Shown in pieces: positions 12,423 to 22,690 of a stretch of 64,000 nt of DNA. The notes beneath the pieces are model-generated. The model was not told where the DNA came from. It did not search any database and saw nothing but the letters and a program-made list of their open reading frames with translations. The translations under genes and the position numbers were made by a program. Position 1 is the stretch's first letter, and each line of letters begins with the position of its first letter. The stretch comes from an uncultured Acidobacteriota bacterium (GTDB taxonomy: Bacteria > Acidobacteriota > Thermoanaerobaculia > UBA5066), in the NCBI GenBank assembly GCA_963779415.1, contig CAVZYA010000003.1, positions 67,998 to 131,997 on the forward strand. Direction: 5' to 3'.

Positions 12423-12893
12423 TTACCAGCGGTAGTGGGCAAAGGCCTTGTTGGCCTCCGCCATCTTGTGGGTGTCCTCCTTCTTCTTGATGGCATTTCC
12501 GCGGTTGTTGGCCGCGTCGAGCAGTTCGCCGGCGAGCTTGTCGCGCATCGTCTTCTCGCCGCGCGCCTGGGAGTACGAGATGAGCCAGCGGATCGCGAGC
12601 GAGGTGCGGCGGTTCGGCTTCACCTCGACCGGGACCTGGTACGTCGAGCCGCCGACGCGGCGCGACTTGACCTCGAGGACCGGCTTGACGTTCTCGACGG
12701 CCTTCTTGAACGTCTTGAGGGGGTCGTCCTGGGTCTTGTCCTCGATCTGCTTCATGGCGCCGTAGAAGATTCCCTCGGACAGGGACTTCTTCCCTCGCTC
12801 CATGACGCAGTTGATGAACTTCGTCACCAGCTGGGACTGGTAGATTGGGTCCGGAAGGACCTCGCGCTTGGGGACTTCGCGGCGGCGCGGCAT
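12423..12893 (-). CDS. rpsG: 30S ribosomal protein S7
   Basis: 156 aa [37 protein letters not shown]...AHYRW. Confidence 0.94.
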   Translation of the reverse strand: MPRRREVPKREVLPDPIYQSQLVTKFINCVMERGKKSLSEGIFYGAMKQIEDKTQDDPLKTFKKAVENVKPVLEVKSRRVGGSTYQVPVEVKPNRRTSLAIRWLISYSQARGEKTMRDKLAGELLDAANNRGNAIKKKEDTHKMAEANKAFAHYRW

Positions 12894-12901
12894 CTTCGCT
12901 C

Positions 12902-13276
12902 TTAAGCCTTCGGCCGTTTGGCTCCGTACTTGGAGCGGCTCTGCTTGCGGTTCGCCACACCGACGGCGTCGAGCGTCCCGCGGATGATGTGGTAACGGAC
13001 GCCGGGAAGGTCCTTCACGCGGCCTCCACGGATCATGACGATCGAGTGTTCCTGGAGGTTGTGCCCGATCCCGGGGATGTAGGTCGTCACCTCGATGCCG
13101 TTCGTGAGACGGACGCGGGCGATCTTCCGGAGCGCCGAGTTCGGCTTCTTCGGCGTCGTCGTCTTTACCTGCGTGCAGACGCCGCGACGCTGCGGGCATG
13201 ACTGCAGAGCAGGCGACTTCGTCTTGTAGCGGACGGGTTCGCGCCCTTTCCGGACGAGCTGGCTGATGGTCGGCAT
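12902..13276 (-). CDS. rpsL: 30S ribosomal protein S12
   Basis: 124 aa [37 protein letters not shown]..., with an AAGGAG ribosome-binding site upstream. Confidence 0.95.
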   Translation of the reverse strand: MPTISQLVRKGREPVRYKTKSPALQSCPQRRGVCTQVKTTTPKKPNSALRKIARVRLTNGIEVTTYIPGIGHNLQEHSIVMIRGGRVKDLPGVRYHIIRGTLDAVGVANRKQSRSKYGAKRPKA

Positions 13277-13412
13277 CGGTCTCGACGGCTCCTTACAGGA
13301 TCTCCCGGTTCGCGGCATCTCCGGGGCGGCTCTCGTAGCCCGGCGCGGCGGCTGCCATTCCGGTCACGAAGTCTGCCGACACGACGCGCGCCGGCACCCG
13401 GGGAAACCCGCG

Positions 13413-13442
13413 AAGAATAGAGGCCATCTCTCCCCCTGTCAA
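13413..13442 (-). promoter_or_regulatory. Putative sigma70-type promoter of the str/S10/spc operon: -35 TTGACA, 17-nt spacer, -10 TATTCT
   Basis: The minus strand reads cccTTGACAgggggagagatggcctcTATTCTtcgcgg, about 130 nt upstream of the rpsL ATG. Both hexamers are near-consensus and the spacing is optimal. Confidence 0.6.
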
Positions 13443-13480
13443 GGGAAACGCGACTTTCGGATGATCGAAGGGCGAAGAGG

Positions 13481-14872
13481 ATGATGCGCCGCATGTCCGA
13501 CCGCGAGCTTCTTCCCCGTGCCGCCGCCCTCGCCCTCCGCTACCGTGAATCGCTCGCCCGAAGGCCCGTCCGGGCCTCGGCCTCGCTCGCGGCCCTTCGC
13601 GCCTCGCTCGGAGGAGCGCTTCCCCGGACCGGGAGACCCGAGGCCGACGTCCTGGAGGAGCTCGCCTCCGCCGTCGAGCCGGGGCTCGTCGCCAGCTCGG
13701 GACCCCGGTACTTCGGCTTCGTCATCGGCGGCACCCTCCCCGTCGCGCTCGCCACGGACTTTCTGGTCTCGGCCTGGGACCAGAACCCGGGCCTCTTCGC
13801 GACGTCTCCCGCCGTCGCCGTCGTCGAGGAGACGGTCGCGTCGTGGATTCTCGACCTCCTCGGCCTGCCGCCCGAATCCGGGGTCGGCTTCGTCACCGGC
13901 GGCCAGATGGCGAACTTCACCGGCCTCGCCGCCGCGCGGCACGAGGTGCTTCGCCGGGCCGGGTGGAACGTCGAGGAGAGAGGGCTCGAGGGAGCCCCCC
14001 GCGTCCGCCTGATCGCCTCCGAAGAGGCGCACGTCACGATCTTCTCCTCGCTCCGTCTCCTCGGCTTCGGGGCCGGGACGGTCCGGCGGGTCCCGGCGGA
14101 CGACCAGGGCCGGATGCGGACGGACGCCGTCGCCGCCGCCCTCGCCGACGGGGAGGGCCCCGCGATCGTCTGTGCCCAGGCCGGCAACGTGAACACGGGG
14201 TCGTTCGACCCGTTTTCCCCGATCGCCGACGCCTGCGCCGCGCACGGCGCATGGCTCCACGTCGACGGCGCGTTCGGCCTCTGGGCGGCGGCGGCGCCCG
14301 CGCTCCGATCCCTCACGGACGGCGTCTCGCACGCGGACTCCTGGGCCGTCGACGCGCACAAGTGGCTCAACGTCCCGTACGACTGCGGGGTCGCGATCGT
14401 CCGGCACGCGGCGGCGCACCGGGCCGCGATGACGAGCGGGGCCGCCTATCTCATCCAGACGGCGGGAGCCGAGCGGGACAACTTCGAATGGGTCCCCGAG
14501 TTCTCCCGGCGGGCGCGCGCCCTGCCGGCATACGCCGCCCTTCGCACGCTCGGAAGAGAGGGAGTCGCGGCACTCGTGACCCGCGGGGCCGCTCTCGCGA
14601 GACGGATGGCGGAGCGGCTCGCGGCCGCGCCGGGCGTCGCCGTATTGAACGACGTCATCCTGAACCAGGTGCTCGTCCGGTTCGGCGACTCCGACGAGCG
14701 GACGCGCGCCGTCGTCTCCGGCGTCCAGGAGGAGGGGACCTGCTGGCTCTCGGGGACGACGTGGCACGGACGAGCGGCGATGAGAATCTCCGTCGTCGGA
14801 GCCTCGACGACCGAAGAAGACGCCGAGCGCTCGGTCGAGGCGATCCTCCGGGTCGCGCGCTCGAAAGGGTGA
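13481..14872 (+). CDS. Pyridoxal-phosphate-dependent decarboxylase (group II amino-acid decarboxylase family)
   Basis: 463-aa ORF with an S-x-HKW PLP-lysine motif (DAHKWLNVPYDCG) and a fold-type I aminotransferase-like core. It is one of the few plus-strand genes, divergent from the rpsL promoter and convergent with dxs. Confidence 0.75.
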   Translation: MMRRMSDRELLPRAAALALRYRESLARRPVRASASLAALRASLGGALPRTGRPEADVLEELASAVEPGLVASSGPRYFGFVIGGTLPVALATDFLVSAWDQNPGLFATSPAVAVVEETVASWILDLLGLPPESGVGFVTGGQMANFTGLAAARHEVLRRAGWNVEERGLEGAPRVRLIASEEAHVTIFSSLRLLGFGAGTVRRVPADDQGRMRTDAVAAALADGEGPAIVCAQAGNVNTGSFDPFSPIADACAAHGAWLHVDGAFGLWAAAAPALRSLTDGVSHADSWAVDAHKWLNVPYDCGVAIVRHAAAHRAAMTSGAAYLIQTAGAERDNFEWVPEFSRRARALPAYAALRTLGREGVAALVTRGAALARRMAERLAAAPGVAVLNDVILNQVLVRFGDSDERTRAVVSGVQEEGTCWLSGTTWHGRAAMRISVVGASTTEEDAERSVEAILRVARSKG

Positions 14873-14909
14873 ACGGATCAACCGGCCCGGCGCGGCCCGG
14901 GAGCCGGAC

Positions 14910-16859
14910 TCACGTCCAGTGGATCGTCTCGGCTGGGCTCTCGACGCCCTCGGCCGATTTCCCCCCTCCCGAAGGCGCCGACGGGCGTCCCAACTCCGGG
15001 TAAAGCTCCCTCACCGTCTCCACGACGCCCACCGCGTCGACCTTGAACCGGGCGCGCTGGAGATTCATGGGGCTGTGCTCGACGAACAGGTCGGGGACGC
15101 CATGGACGCGGACCCCCGCGGACGGAAGGCCGTGGGCGTGGACCGCCTCGAGGACGGCGCTGCCGAACCCGGCCTGGACGAGGTGCTCCTCCAGCGTCAG
15201 GAGCCGCGGCGAGGCGGCGAGGAGCGTCCGGATCAGGTCCACGTCGAGCGGCTTGGCGAAGCGCGCGTGCGCGACGCCGCAGTCGATCCCGAGGTCCCCG
15301 AGCACCCTGGCCGCCTGCACGGCCACCGGCACCATGGAACCGTAGGCGAGGAGGTTGACCGACCTTCCGGTCGTGAGGATCTCGCCCCTGCCGATCGGGA
15401 TCTCCCGGAACCCCTCCTCGAGGGGGACGCCCAGCCCGAGGCCGCGCGGGTAACGGATCGTGAAGGGACGCGCGGCGCGGACCGCCGTGTAGAGAAGGTG
15501 CTGGAGCTCGTTCTCGTCCTTCGGCGCGGAGACGATCATGTTCGGGATGCCGCGCGTGTAGGCGACGTCGTAGATACCCTGGTGCGTCTTCCCGTCGTCG
15601 CCCACGAACCCCGCGCGGTCGACGCAGATCACCACCGGAAGGTTCTGGAGGCAGACGTCGTGGATCAGCTGGTCGTAGGAGCGCTGGAGAAACGTCGAGT
15701 AGATCGAGACGATCGGCTTCAGCCCCGCCTTCGCCATCCCGCCCGCCATGATGATCGCGTGCTCCTCGGCGATTCCGACGTCGAAGACGCGGTCCGGGAA
15801 AGCCTTCGCCACCTCGACGAGTGCCGTTCCCTCCAGCATCGCGGCGCTGATCCCGACGATCTTCGGGTCCTCGGCCATCATTCTCATCAGCGTCCTGGCA
15901 AAGACCTGCGAGTACGTGTACGCCGCGCCCCCCCCGGCTGCCGCCGACGGCGTACCGGGCTGATGGAACCGCGTCGGGTCGTCCTCCGCGTTCGTGAAGC
16001 CGCGCCCCTTGTGCGTCAGCGCGTGGATGACGACCGGCGTGCCGTCCGCCGAGACCTCGCGGGCGCGCTTGAAGGCCTCCTCGAGCTCCGTGTAGTCGTG
16101 CGCGTCGATCGGCCCGACGTAGTGGAAGCCCAGCTCGTCCCAGACGAGGTTCGGGAAGAAGAGCCCTTCGACGGACGCCTTGACCTTCTTGGCGAGGCCC
16201 CACGCCTCTTCGCCCTTGGGGAGACGGCGGAAGAACTTGTGCCCCGTCTCGACGAGCTTCTGGTATCTCGGGTGAAGCTCGAAACGGTTCCGCCAGTGCG
16301 AGAGCCAGCCGACGTTCTCCGAAATCGACCAGCCGTTGTCGTTCAGGACGATGATGAGGCGCTTCGGGCGGACGTGGACGATGTTGTTGAGCGCCTCGTA
16401 GCTCGTCCCGCACGTGAGGGCGCCGTCACCGACGACGACGACCGTGTAGGGACGGGCGGGGTCGTCCTGGCCGGCGATCGCCATCCCGACGCCGTACGAG
16501 AGGCCCGTCCCGGCGTGGCCGGCCGCGAGCGTGTCGTGGTCGCTCTCCGCCGGTTCGGCGAAGCCGGAGAGCCCGCCCGGCGTCCGGATCGACGCGAACC
16601 GGTCGCGCCGCCCCGTGACGAGCTTGTGCGTGTAGCACTGGTTCGAGGTGTCGAAGACGAGCTTGTCCTTCGGGCTCTCGAACGCGCGATGGAGGGCGAG
16701 CGTCAGCTCGACGACGCCGAGGTTCGACGCGAGGTGCCCGCCTCTCTTCGTGATCGTCTCCACGATGACGTCCCGGCACTCCTGCGCGAGCTGCCGTAGC
16801 TCGTCGTGTCGGAGCGGGCGGAGGTCCTGCGGACCCTCGATGCGGCTCAGAATCGTCAT
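14910..16859 (-). CDS. dxs: 1-deoxy-D-xylulose-5-phosphate synthase
   Basis: 649-aa ORF MTILSRIEGPQDLRPL...GHLASNLGVVELTLALH..., with TPP-binding and transketolase-like domains; the frame is intact. Confidence 0.95.
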   Translation of the reverse strand: MTILSRIEGPQDLRPLRHDELRQLAQECRDVIVETITKRGGHLASNLGVVELTLALHRAFESPKDKLVFDTSNQCYTHKLVTGRRDRFASIRTPGGLSGFAEPAESDHDTLAAGHAGTGLSYGVGMAIAGQDDPARPYTVVVVGDGALTCGTSYEALNNIVHVRPKRLIIVLNDNGWSISENVGWLSHWRNRFELHPRYQKLVETGHKFFRRLPKGEEAWGLAKKVKASVEGLFFPNLVWDELGFHYVGPIDAHDYTELEEAFKRAREVSADGTPVVIHALTHKGRGFTNAEDDPTRFHQPGTPSAAAGGGAAYTYSQVFARTLMRMMAEDPKIVGISAAMLEGTALVEVAKAFPDRVFDVGIAEEHAIIMAGGMAKAGLKPIVSIYSTFLQRSYDQLIHDVCLQNLPVVICVDRAGFVGDDGKTHQGIYDVAYTRGIPNMIVSAPKDENELQHLLYTAVRAARPFTIRYPRGLGLGVPLEEGFREIPIGRGEILTTGRSVNLLAYGSMVPVAVQAARVLGDLGIDCGVAHARFAKPLDVDLIRTLLAASPRLLTLEEHLVQAGFGSAVLEAVHAHGLPSAGVRVHGVPDLFVEHSPMNLQRARFKVDAVGVVETVRELYPELGRPSAPSGGGKSAEGVESPAETIHWT

Positions 16860-16932
16860 GGAATATCGCTCCTGCCCCCCCGGGCACGGGCAAACGCGGA
16901 TGATAACCCAGCGTCGAGGCCCGATCTTCGCG

Positions 16933-17853
16933 TCAGGCGCGTCGTGAGGCTTCCGCCGGCGGAACGGGAGATTCCCCCCGGTCCAGGGCCCGCTTCACGC
17001 GCCGAGCGATCCGGGCCACCTCGATTCGAGAGATCTTCGCGCCCGGCCCCTTCGCCTCGACCTTCCCGAGCGTCGCCCACGCGAGCGCGACCGGAAGCGC
17101 CGTGAACTCGAGGATTCCGCGTGGCGCGCCGGCGCCCCGGAGCGTCTCGATGTACTCCCCGGCCGTTTCGAGGTCGCCTCGCGCCATGGCAAAGACCTCC
17201 GCCTTCGGAACTCCCTCCGGAAGATAGCGCCGTCCTTCCTTCGCGTCGTCCCCTTCGTCCTTCAGGATGTTGACGAGCTGAAGCGCCTCGCCGAAGGCGG
17301 CGGCCCGCTGCCGGAGCGACGGCGCCGCCGGCCCGAGGCCCGGGCGGCCGAGGAGGAAAAGCTCGGTCAGCATCTCCCCGACGATCCCCGCGACGATGTA
17401 GCAGTATCGCCGGAGGTCGTCGAGCCTCGAAAGGACGAGCCCCCCCTCGCCCGTCCGCGAAACGAATTCCCCCATTCCTTCGGAGGACCGGACGACGTGC
17501 GCGCGGATGGAAGCGACGGCTCCCGCGTCGAGCGCGAAGAACGCGTCGAGGACGAAAGGCACCTCGGCGATCAGATCGCGGTACCCCTCGTGCGGCGACG
17601 CTCCGGCGGCGGCCCACGCCCCGGAGAGGCGGACCGACTCCTCGTGCGAGGCCGACCGCAGGAGAGCCGCGAAATCGTTGAGCGCCCGGATTCGCGCCTC
17701 CGGCGCCCAGTGGGCGGCGTCCTCGAACGTATCGGCGATCCGGAAGAGAAGGTAGGCGATCGTCACTTCCCGGCGCGTCGGCTCGGGAAGCGGCGGGATC
17801 GAGAGCGCGAACGTCCGGCTCGTCCTTTCGAGAAGATCCTCCAGCGTCGGCAC
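16933..17853 (-). CDS. Squalene synthase / squalene-phytoene synthase family (head-to-head isoprenoid synthase of the hopanoid cluster)
   Basis: 306-aa ORF with LERTSRTFALSIP...EVTIAYLLFRIADTFED and an aspartate-rich region, SQS-like; adjacent to hpn genes. Confidence 0.8.
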   Translation of the reverse strand: MPTLEDLLERTSRTFALSIPPLPEPTRREVTIAYLLFRIADTFEDAAHWAPEARIRALNDFAALLRSASHEESVRLSGAWAAAGASPHEGYRDLIAEVPFVLDAFFALDAGAVASIRAHVVRSSEGMGEFVSRTGEGGLVLSRLDDLRRYCYIVAGIVGEMLTELFLLGRPGLGPAAPSLRQRAAAFGEALQLVNILKDEGDDAKEGRRYLPEGVPKAEVFAMARGDLETAGEYIETLRGAGAPRGILEFTALPVALAWATLGKVEAKGPGAKISRIEVARIARRVKRALDRGESPVPPAEASRRA

Positions 17854-17855
17854 GC

Positions 17856-18617
17856 TCAGATCATCTCCGGAAGGAGCCGCTCGAGGAAGAGGGCAAGCGC
17901 GGAGGCTCCGTCACGAACCCTTCCGCGCATCCGGAGAAGGCCGGGAAGAGCACCAGGATGGAGCACCAGTCGCCGGAAGACGGCGGCACGGTCCACCGAT
18001 CCGTCGCGAGAAAGAGAGGAGGAGAGAAACTCCGGGAGCGATTCTTCGAAGGTGTCCGAGACGGCGCGCAGCAGGGCGAACGGAACGCCCCGGCTCGCGG
18101 CGACCCGCGCCCAGGCCGCCGACTCCATGTCGACGACGGCCGAAGCGGAATCCGCGACGCCGAAGCGGACCGCGACGGCGCTCTTCTCCTTCGAAGAACA
18201 GATCGGCCTCGCCGTGCTCACGAGCGTCGCAGGCTTCGCGCCGAGGGCGGCCGCTCGGGCGATGAGCGAAGCATCGGGTGCGGGGGTCTCCCCCGATTCG
18301 TCGACGACATGCGAAGCCACGACGATCTCCCCCGCCTCGAGCGACGGGACGAGCGCTCCGGCGGCGCCGACGCCGACGAGAAAAGAGACCGGGAATTCTC
18401 TGAGAAGGAAGGAAACCGAGGCGGAGGCGCGCGCCGCGCCATCGCCCGACGCGACAAGCAGTACGGGAGCTCCGGAAATTCTTCCTCTAAGAAGAAATCC
18501 TCCGTCGCCCTTTCCCACGCGCAGGCGCTCCCCATTCCTCACGACCGCCGCAATCGCCTCGAACTCCTCCGGCATCGCCGTGACGATGGCGACGGGGCCC
18601 GGTTCAGGCCTTGACAT
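17856..18617 (-). CDS. hpnG: Hopanoid-associated phosphorylase HpnG-like (MTA/SAH nucleosidase, PNP/UDP family)
   Basis: 253-aa ORF VAIVTAMPEEFEAIAA...GAPVLLVASGDGAARA...; located between hpnA and sqs. Confidence 0.75.
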   Translation of the reverse strand: MSRPEPGPVAIVTAMPEEFEAIAAVVRNGERLRVGKGDGGFLLRGRISGAPVLLVASGDGAARASASVSFLLREFPVSFLVGVGAAGALVPSLEAGEIVVASHVVDESGETPAPDASLIARAAALGAKPATLVSTARPICSSKEKSAVAVRFGVADSASAVVDMESAAWARVAASRGVPFALLRAVSDTFEESLPEFLSSSLSRDGSVDRAAVFRRLVLHPGALPGLLRMRGRVRDGASALALFLERLLPEMI

Positions 18618-19600
18618 AGCCGTTCTCCCGGAACCAGGCGACGGCCCTTGTGAGCGCGTCCTCGACGGGGCTCTGCGGCAGGCCCAGCTCGCGGACCGCC
18701 TTCGAGGCGTCGAAGAACATCCGGTGGCGCGACATCCGGACGCTCTCGAGGCTGACGCGCGGCGGCCTTCCGAGAAAACCCGCCAGGAGAGTGTCGACCG
18801 CCGCCGCCGCGAGGGGGATCGCGTGCGGGAGCCGCAAGGTCGGCGCCGGGAGGCCGGTCGCCGCCGCGAGCATCCCGAGAATCTCCTTCAGCGTCAGGTT
18901 CCGGTTCCCGAGAATGTACTTCTCTCCGGGGCGCCCCTTTTCCGCGGCGAGGAGGTGGCCGACGGCGACGTCGCGGACATCGACGAGGTTCAGCCCCGTG
19001 TCGACGTAGGCGGGCATCCGGCGGTTCAGGAAGTCGACGATCGAGCTGGCCCGTCGGGGTCGGCTTGACGTCCCGCTCGCCGACCGGAGTGGACGGATTG
19101 ACGATGACGACCGGAAGCCCTCGGGCCGCGAAGGCCTCGGCCACCCGCTCGGCGTCGAACTTGCTCTTCTTGTAGTGCGCCGACGATCGCGTCGCGTGTG
19201 ACGGGCGTTCGTCTCGTCGGCCGGAGAGCCGTCCGCCGTGAGACCCAGCGCCCCGACGGAGCTGGTGTAGACGACGCGCGCGACCCCCGCGTCGGACGCG
19301 GCCGAAAGGACGTTCTCCGTGCCGCCGACGTTGGTCCGGTAGAGCTCCCCGGGATCCTTCGTCCAGAGGCGGTAGTCGGCCGCGCACGTGGTAGAGAGTC
19401 GAGACGCCGCGCATCGCGCGCGCGAGAGAAGGCGGATCGGAGAGGTCTCCTTCGACGAGGTCGACCGGGAGACCCTCGAGGTTCGTCCTCGGGCGGCCCG
19501 GCCCGGACGAGGCAGCGGACCGGGCGTCCGCGCGGCGAGGAGGGCCCGGACGACGTGCGCGCCGACGAAACCCGTTCCGCCGGTGACGAGGTTTACGCCG
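18604..19600 (-). pseudogene. hpnA: Hopanoid-associated NAD-dependent sugar epimerase HpnA, with the reading frame interrupted about 4 times (alternating frames). The boundary with hpnH (about 19600) is unresolved.
   Basis: Real HpnA segments (...NLVTGGTGFVGAHVVRALL; AADYRLWTKDPGELYRTNVGGTENV...VVYTSSVGALG; DFLNRRMPAYVDTGLNLV...ILGNRNLTLKEIL...) alternate with R/S/P junk. The missing pieces (TNLEGLPVDLVEGDLSDPPSLARAMRGVSTLYHV; HYKKSKFDAERVAEAFAARGLPVVIVNPSTPVGERDVKPTPTG) are found in an alternative frame. Confidence 0.7.
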
Positions 19601-20607
19601 CCAGCTCCCAGATTCCACGCGATCATCCGGACCATGTCGCCCGGGTGCTTCGGCAGCTCTCTCACGACGGACGCCTCGAAGCCCGAGTGCATCAGCGCAG
19701 TTCGCGCAGAGCGGGTCCTGCCGCGACTCCCAGTAGTCCCAGTCGGTGCCGTTCCAGAACTCCTCGAAGGTCTCCGACCAGGTCTTCCCGATCAGGTAGC
19801 AGGGGCCCTTCCACCCCTTCGGGGTGTAGGTCACCGTGCTCCAGGGCGAGCACTTGTAGTCGCGCAGGCCCGCGGCGAACTCGAGGAACATCGGCGTCGA
19901 CGTGAGCTTGTAGCTTCTTCGAGATCTCGAGGATCCGGCGGAACTTCCGCTGGATCTCCGAGCTGCGTCAGGAAGATCTCGTGGCCGACCGACTCGTAGT
20001 GGTAGCCGGGCGAGACGAGCATCCCCTCGACGCCGAGGTCCGTCAGGAACCGGCAGAGCTCCTCGACCTCCTCCACGCTCGTCTCCTTGAAGACGGTGGT
20101 GTTCGCCATGACATGGTGGCCGAGGCGGACGCCCTTCCGTGATCATCGCGACGGCCTTGTCGAACGACGCCTTCCTGCGCGCAGACGTAGTCGTGCGTCT
20201 CCTTCATGCCGTCGAGGTGGACGTTGATCATCAGCCGCTTGTGCGGCGGGATCCGGCCGTAGACCGTTCTCGTCGAGGAGGAGGCCGTTCGTGCAGAGGT
20301 AGATGTGGCGCTTGCGCTCGATGATCCCGTCCACGAGCTCCGGCAGCTCCGGGTAGAGCGTCGGCTCGCCGCCGCAGATCGAGACGACCGGCGCCTGCGA
20401 GACGTCGACGGCCTCGAGGCACTTCTCGAGCGGGAGCCGGTCCTTCAGCTTGCCGGTGTGGCGCTCGACGGCGCAGCCGAGGCAGGCGAGGTTGCAGGTG
20501 TAGAGCGGCTCGAGCATCAGGACGAACGGGTAGCGCTTGTTCCCGCGCACGGCGTTCCGGACCTGGTGCGCGATCGTGTCGGTCATGATGTGGACGGGGA
20601 ATCTCAT
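19600..20607 (-). pseudogene. hpnH: Radical-SAM adenosylhopane synthase HpnH, split over at least 4-5 frame changes
   Basis: The start MRFPVHIMTDTIAHQVRNAVRGNKRYPFVLMLEPLYTCNLACLGCAVE has the CxxxCxxC motif and overlaps the shc stop as ATGA. Later fragments lie in other frames: MINVHLDGMKETHDYVCAQEG; MANTTVFKETSVEEVEELCRFLTDLGVEGMLVSPGYHYE; RSEIQRKFRRILEISKK; KLTSTPMFLEFAAGLRDYKCSPWSTVTYTPKGWKGPCYLIGKTWSETFEEFWNGTDWDYWESRQDPLCANC; MMHSGFEASVVRELPKHPGDMVRMIAWNL. Confidence 0.7.
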
Positions 20608-22677
20608 CCGCTCGCTCCCTCGCGCCCGTCGCGGCGGGCCGTCGTGTCGGCTCCCGTGGAGCGGAACGTGCCGGCGGCCCCCGGGTCCGCCGCGTGCTCC
20701 CGCCGGTAGAGGGAAAGCGCCCAGAGCGGGAAGTACGTGGCGTAGAGATGGTAGCGGAGATAGAAGACCTTCGGGAAGCCCGTCCCCGTCCAGTGCTCGT
20801 CGCGCCAGGAGCCGTCGTAGTCCTGCTGGCGGAGAAGGTAGTCGACGCCGCGGCGGACGAAGTCCGAGTGGCGGTCGCCCGCTCGCGAAGAGGGCCATCA
20901 GGGCCCACGCCGTCTGCGCCGCCGTGCTCGGTCCCTTCCCCTTCGTCGCCGGGTCGTCGTACGAGCGCGGCAGCTCGCCCCAGCCGCCGTCGTCGTTCTG
21001 GCGGGCGCGAAGCCAGTCCGCGGCGCGCTGGTACCGCGGCTTCGCGAGGTCGACTCCGGCCTGCGCGAGGCCGCCGAGAGCGAGCCACGTGCCGTAGAGG
21101 TAGTTGACCCCCAGCGCCCGTACCAGGTTCCGTCGGCGCGCTGCTTGCCGTTCAGGAAGGCCACCGCCTTCCGGACGGCGGGGTCGCTCTCGGGGGCGCC
21201 GAGGTTGTGCAGGGCCTCGAGGACCCGGCCCGAGATGTCCTCGCAGCTCGGGTCGATCATGGCGTTGTGGTCCGCGAAGGGGATGAACGTCAGGATCTCG
21301 TTGTCGCACCCCTTGTCGAAAGCCCCCCAGCCGCCGTCCCGGTTCTGCATCGAGACGAGCCAGGCCTGGCCCCGTTCGAGGGCGTCGCGGCGTCGCGCTT
21401 CCTCGGCGGCGACGGAGAAGCGGACCTGTGTCAGGGCGGTCAGCACCTCGGCGGTGTCGTCCGTGTCGGGATAGAACTCGTTCGCGTACTCGAAGTACCA
21501 GCCTCCCGGCTCTCCCTCGGAGTTCGACTTCTTCCAGTCGCCCTCGAGCCGCACCTCGTGCTCGATCAGCCAGCGGGCGGCCTTCTGGAGCGCCGGATCC
21601 TCGGGAGGGCTCCCCGACTCCGAGAGCGCCACCATCGCGATCGCGGTGTCCCAGACCGGCGAGAAGCAGGGCTGGAGGCGAAGCGTTTCGTCGTCTTCCA
21701 GCTCGAGCCGCTCCAGCTCTTTCACCTGGGCGACGAGCCGCGGGTCGTCCGGGCCGTATCCGAGGCAGCGGAACGCGATGATCGTGTTGATGATCGGCGG
21801 AAAGATCGCGCCGAGGCCGTCGCTCTTCACGAGCCGGTCGTGGATCCACGCCTCACAGGCAGCGAGGGCCCTCTTTCGCAATGGCGCGGATCCCGATGGC
21901 TTCGATTCCGCGGAGGAACAGGTCGGTCGCCGAAAAGACGCTTCGCCAGACCTTTTCCCGCCCCGAGCGCTCGACGGCGGGCTTCTCGCGCCGCGGGACG
22001 TGGAGCTCGGGGATCCGCGCGTGCTCCGGCACCGGGCAGAACGGCTTCGTGGCCCAGATGACCGAGAGCGGCACGACGATGCCGCGCGACCACGACGACA
22101 TCTTGTAGATGTTGAACGGGACCCAGTCGGGCAGGAGGACGAGCTCGGGCGGCACCGCCGGGCAGTGCGTCCACGAACATTCGCCGAAGATCGCGAGGTA
22201 GATCTTCGTGAACGAGTTGCAGGCGTCGACGCCGCCGAGGCACCGGATCACGTCGCGCGCCTTCGCCATGTGGGGAGCGGACGGGTCGTCGCCGACGAGC
22301 TTGAGGACGAAGTAGGCCTTCACCGAGGTCGAGACCTCGGCCGGGCCGCCCGGGTAATTCGACCAGCCCCCCCCGGGGAGCTGGGCGCGGCGCACGTACT
22401 CGGCTGCCTTCTTCACCCGCGATTCTCCGGTCCGCCCGAGGAAATGCATGGCGAGGACGTATTCGGACTCTAGGATCGAGTCCCCTTCCAGCTCCGCGCA
22501 CCAGTGGCCGTCTTCTCTCTGGATCGAAAGGAGATAGCGACGCGCGGCCTCGACGGCGAACGAAACTCCTTCGGGAGGGGCCGCTCCGGCGGAAGGGCGC
22601 GGGTTCTGAGTCCCTTCGGCCATCGCCCCGGGAGGGTAATGCCTCCCGCCCGCCCGCGCAAGCCCGGGCTCCCTCAT
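20604..22677 (-). pseudogene. shc: Squalene-hopene cyclase with about 3 frame changes (near 21870, 21110 and 20870)
   Basis: The N-terminal piece (22677 down to about 21870) is ...VSFAVEAARRYLLSIQREDGHWCAELEGDSILESEYVLAMHF... The middle piece is ...QNRDGGWGAFDKGCDN...RADGTWYGRWG, with QW motifs. The next piece is GVNYLYGTWLALGGLAQAGV...STAAQTAWALMALFASGR. The C-terminus, found by hand in the -1 frame, is ...GVDYLLRQQDYDGSWRDEHWTGTGFPKVFYLRYHLYATYFPLWALSLYRREH..., and its stop overlaps the hpnH ATG. Confidence 0.75.
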
Positions 22678-22690
22678 CTGAGACTCCGTC

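Noticed and set aside
14873-14909. Bidirectional terminator between the convergent decarboxylase and dxs genes
   Set aside because: The 37-nt gap is GC-rich (ccggcccggcgcggcccggg) but does not form a clean stem-loop with flanking T/A tracts on either strand. It is not called.
14878-16413. 511-aa minus-strand ORF overlapping dxs in another frame, and similar same-strand alternative-frame ORFs (for example 8247..9674, 10117..12000, 36229..37860, 37349..38461, 22674..23945)
   Set aside because: They fully overlap better-supported genes in a different frame and have low-complexity composition.
18539-20146. 535-aa minus-strand ORF spanning hpnA and hpnH
   Set aside because: It is a mosaic. It contains genuine hpnH and hpnA segments that are out of frame relative to their neighbours, separated by R/P/G-rich junk. 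It is evidence of indels, not a gene.
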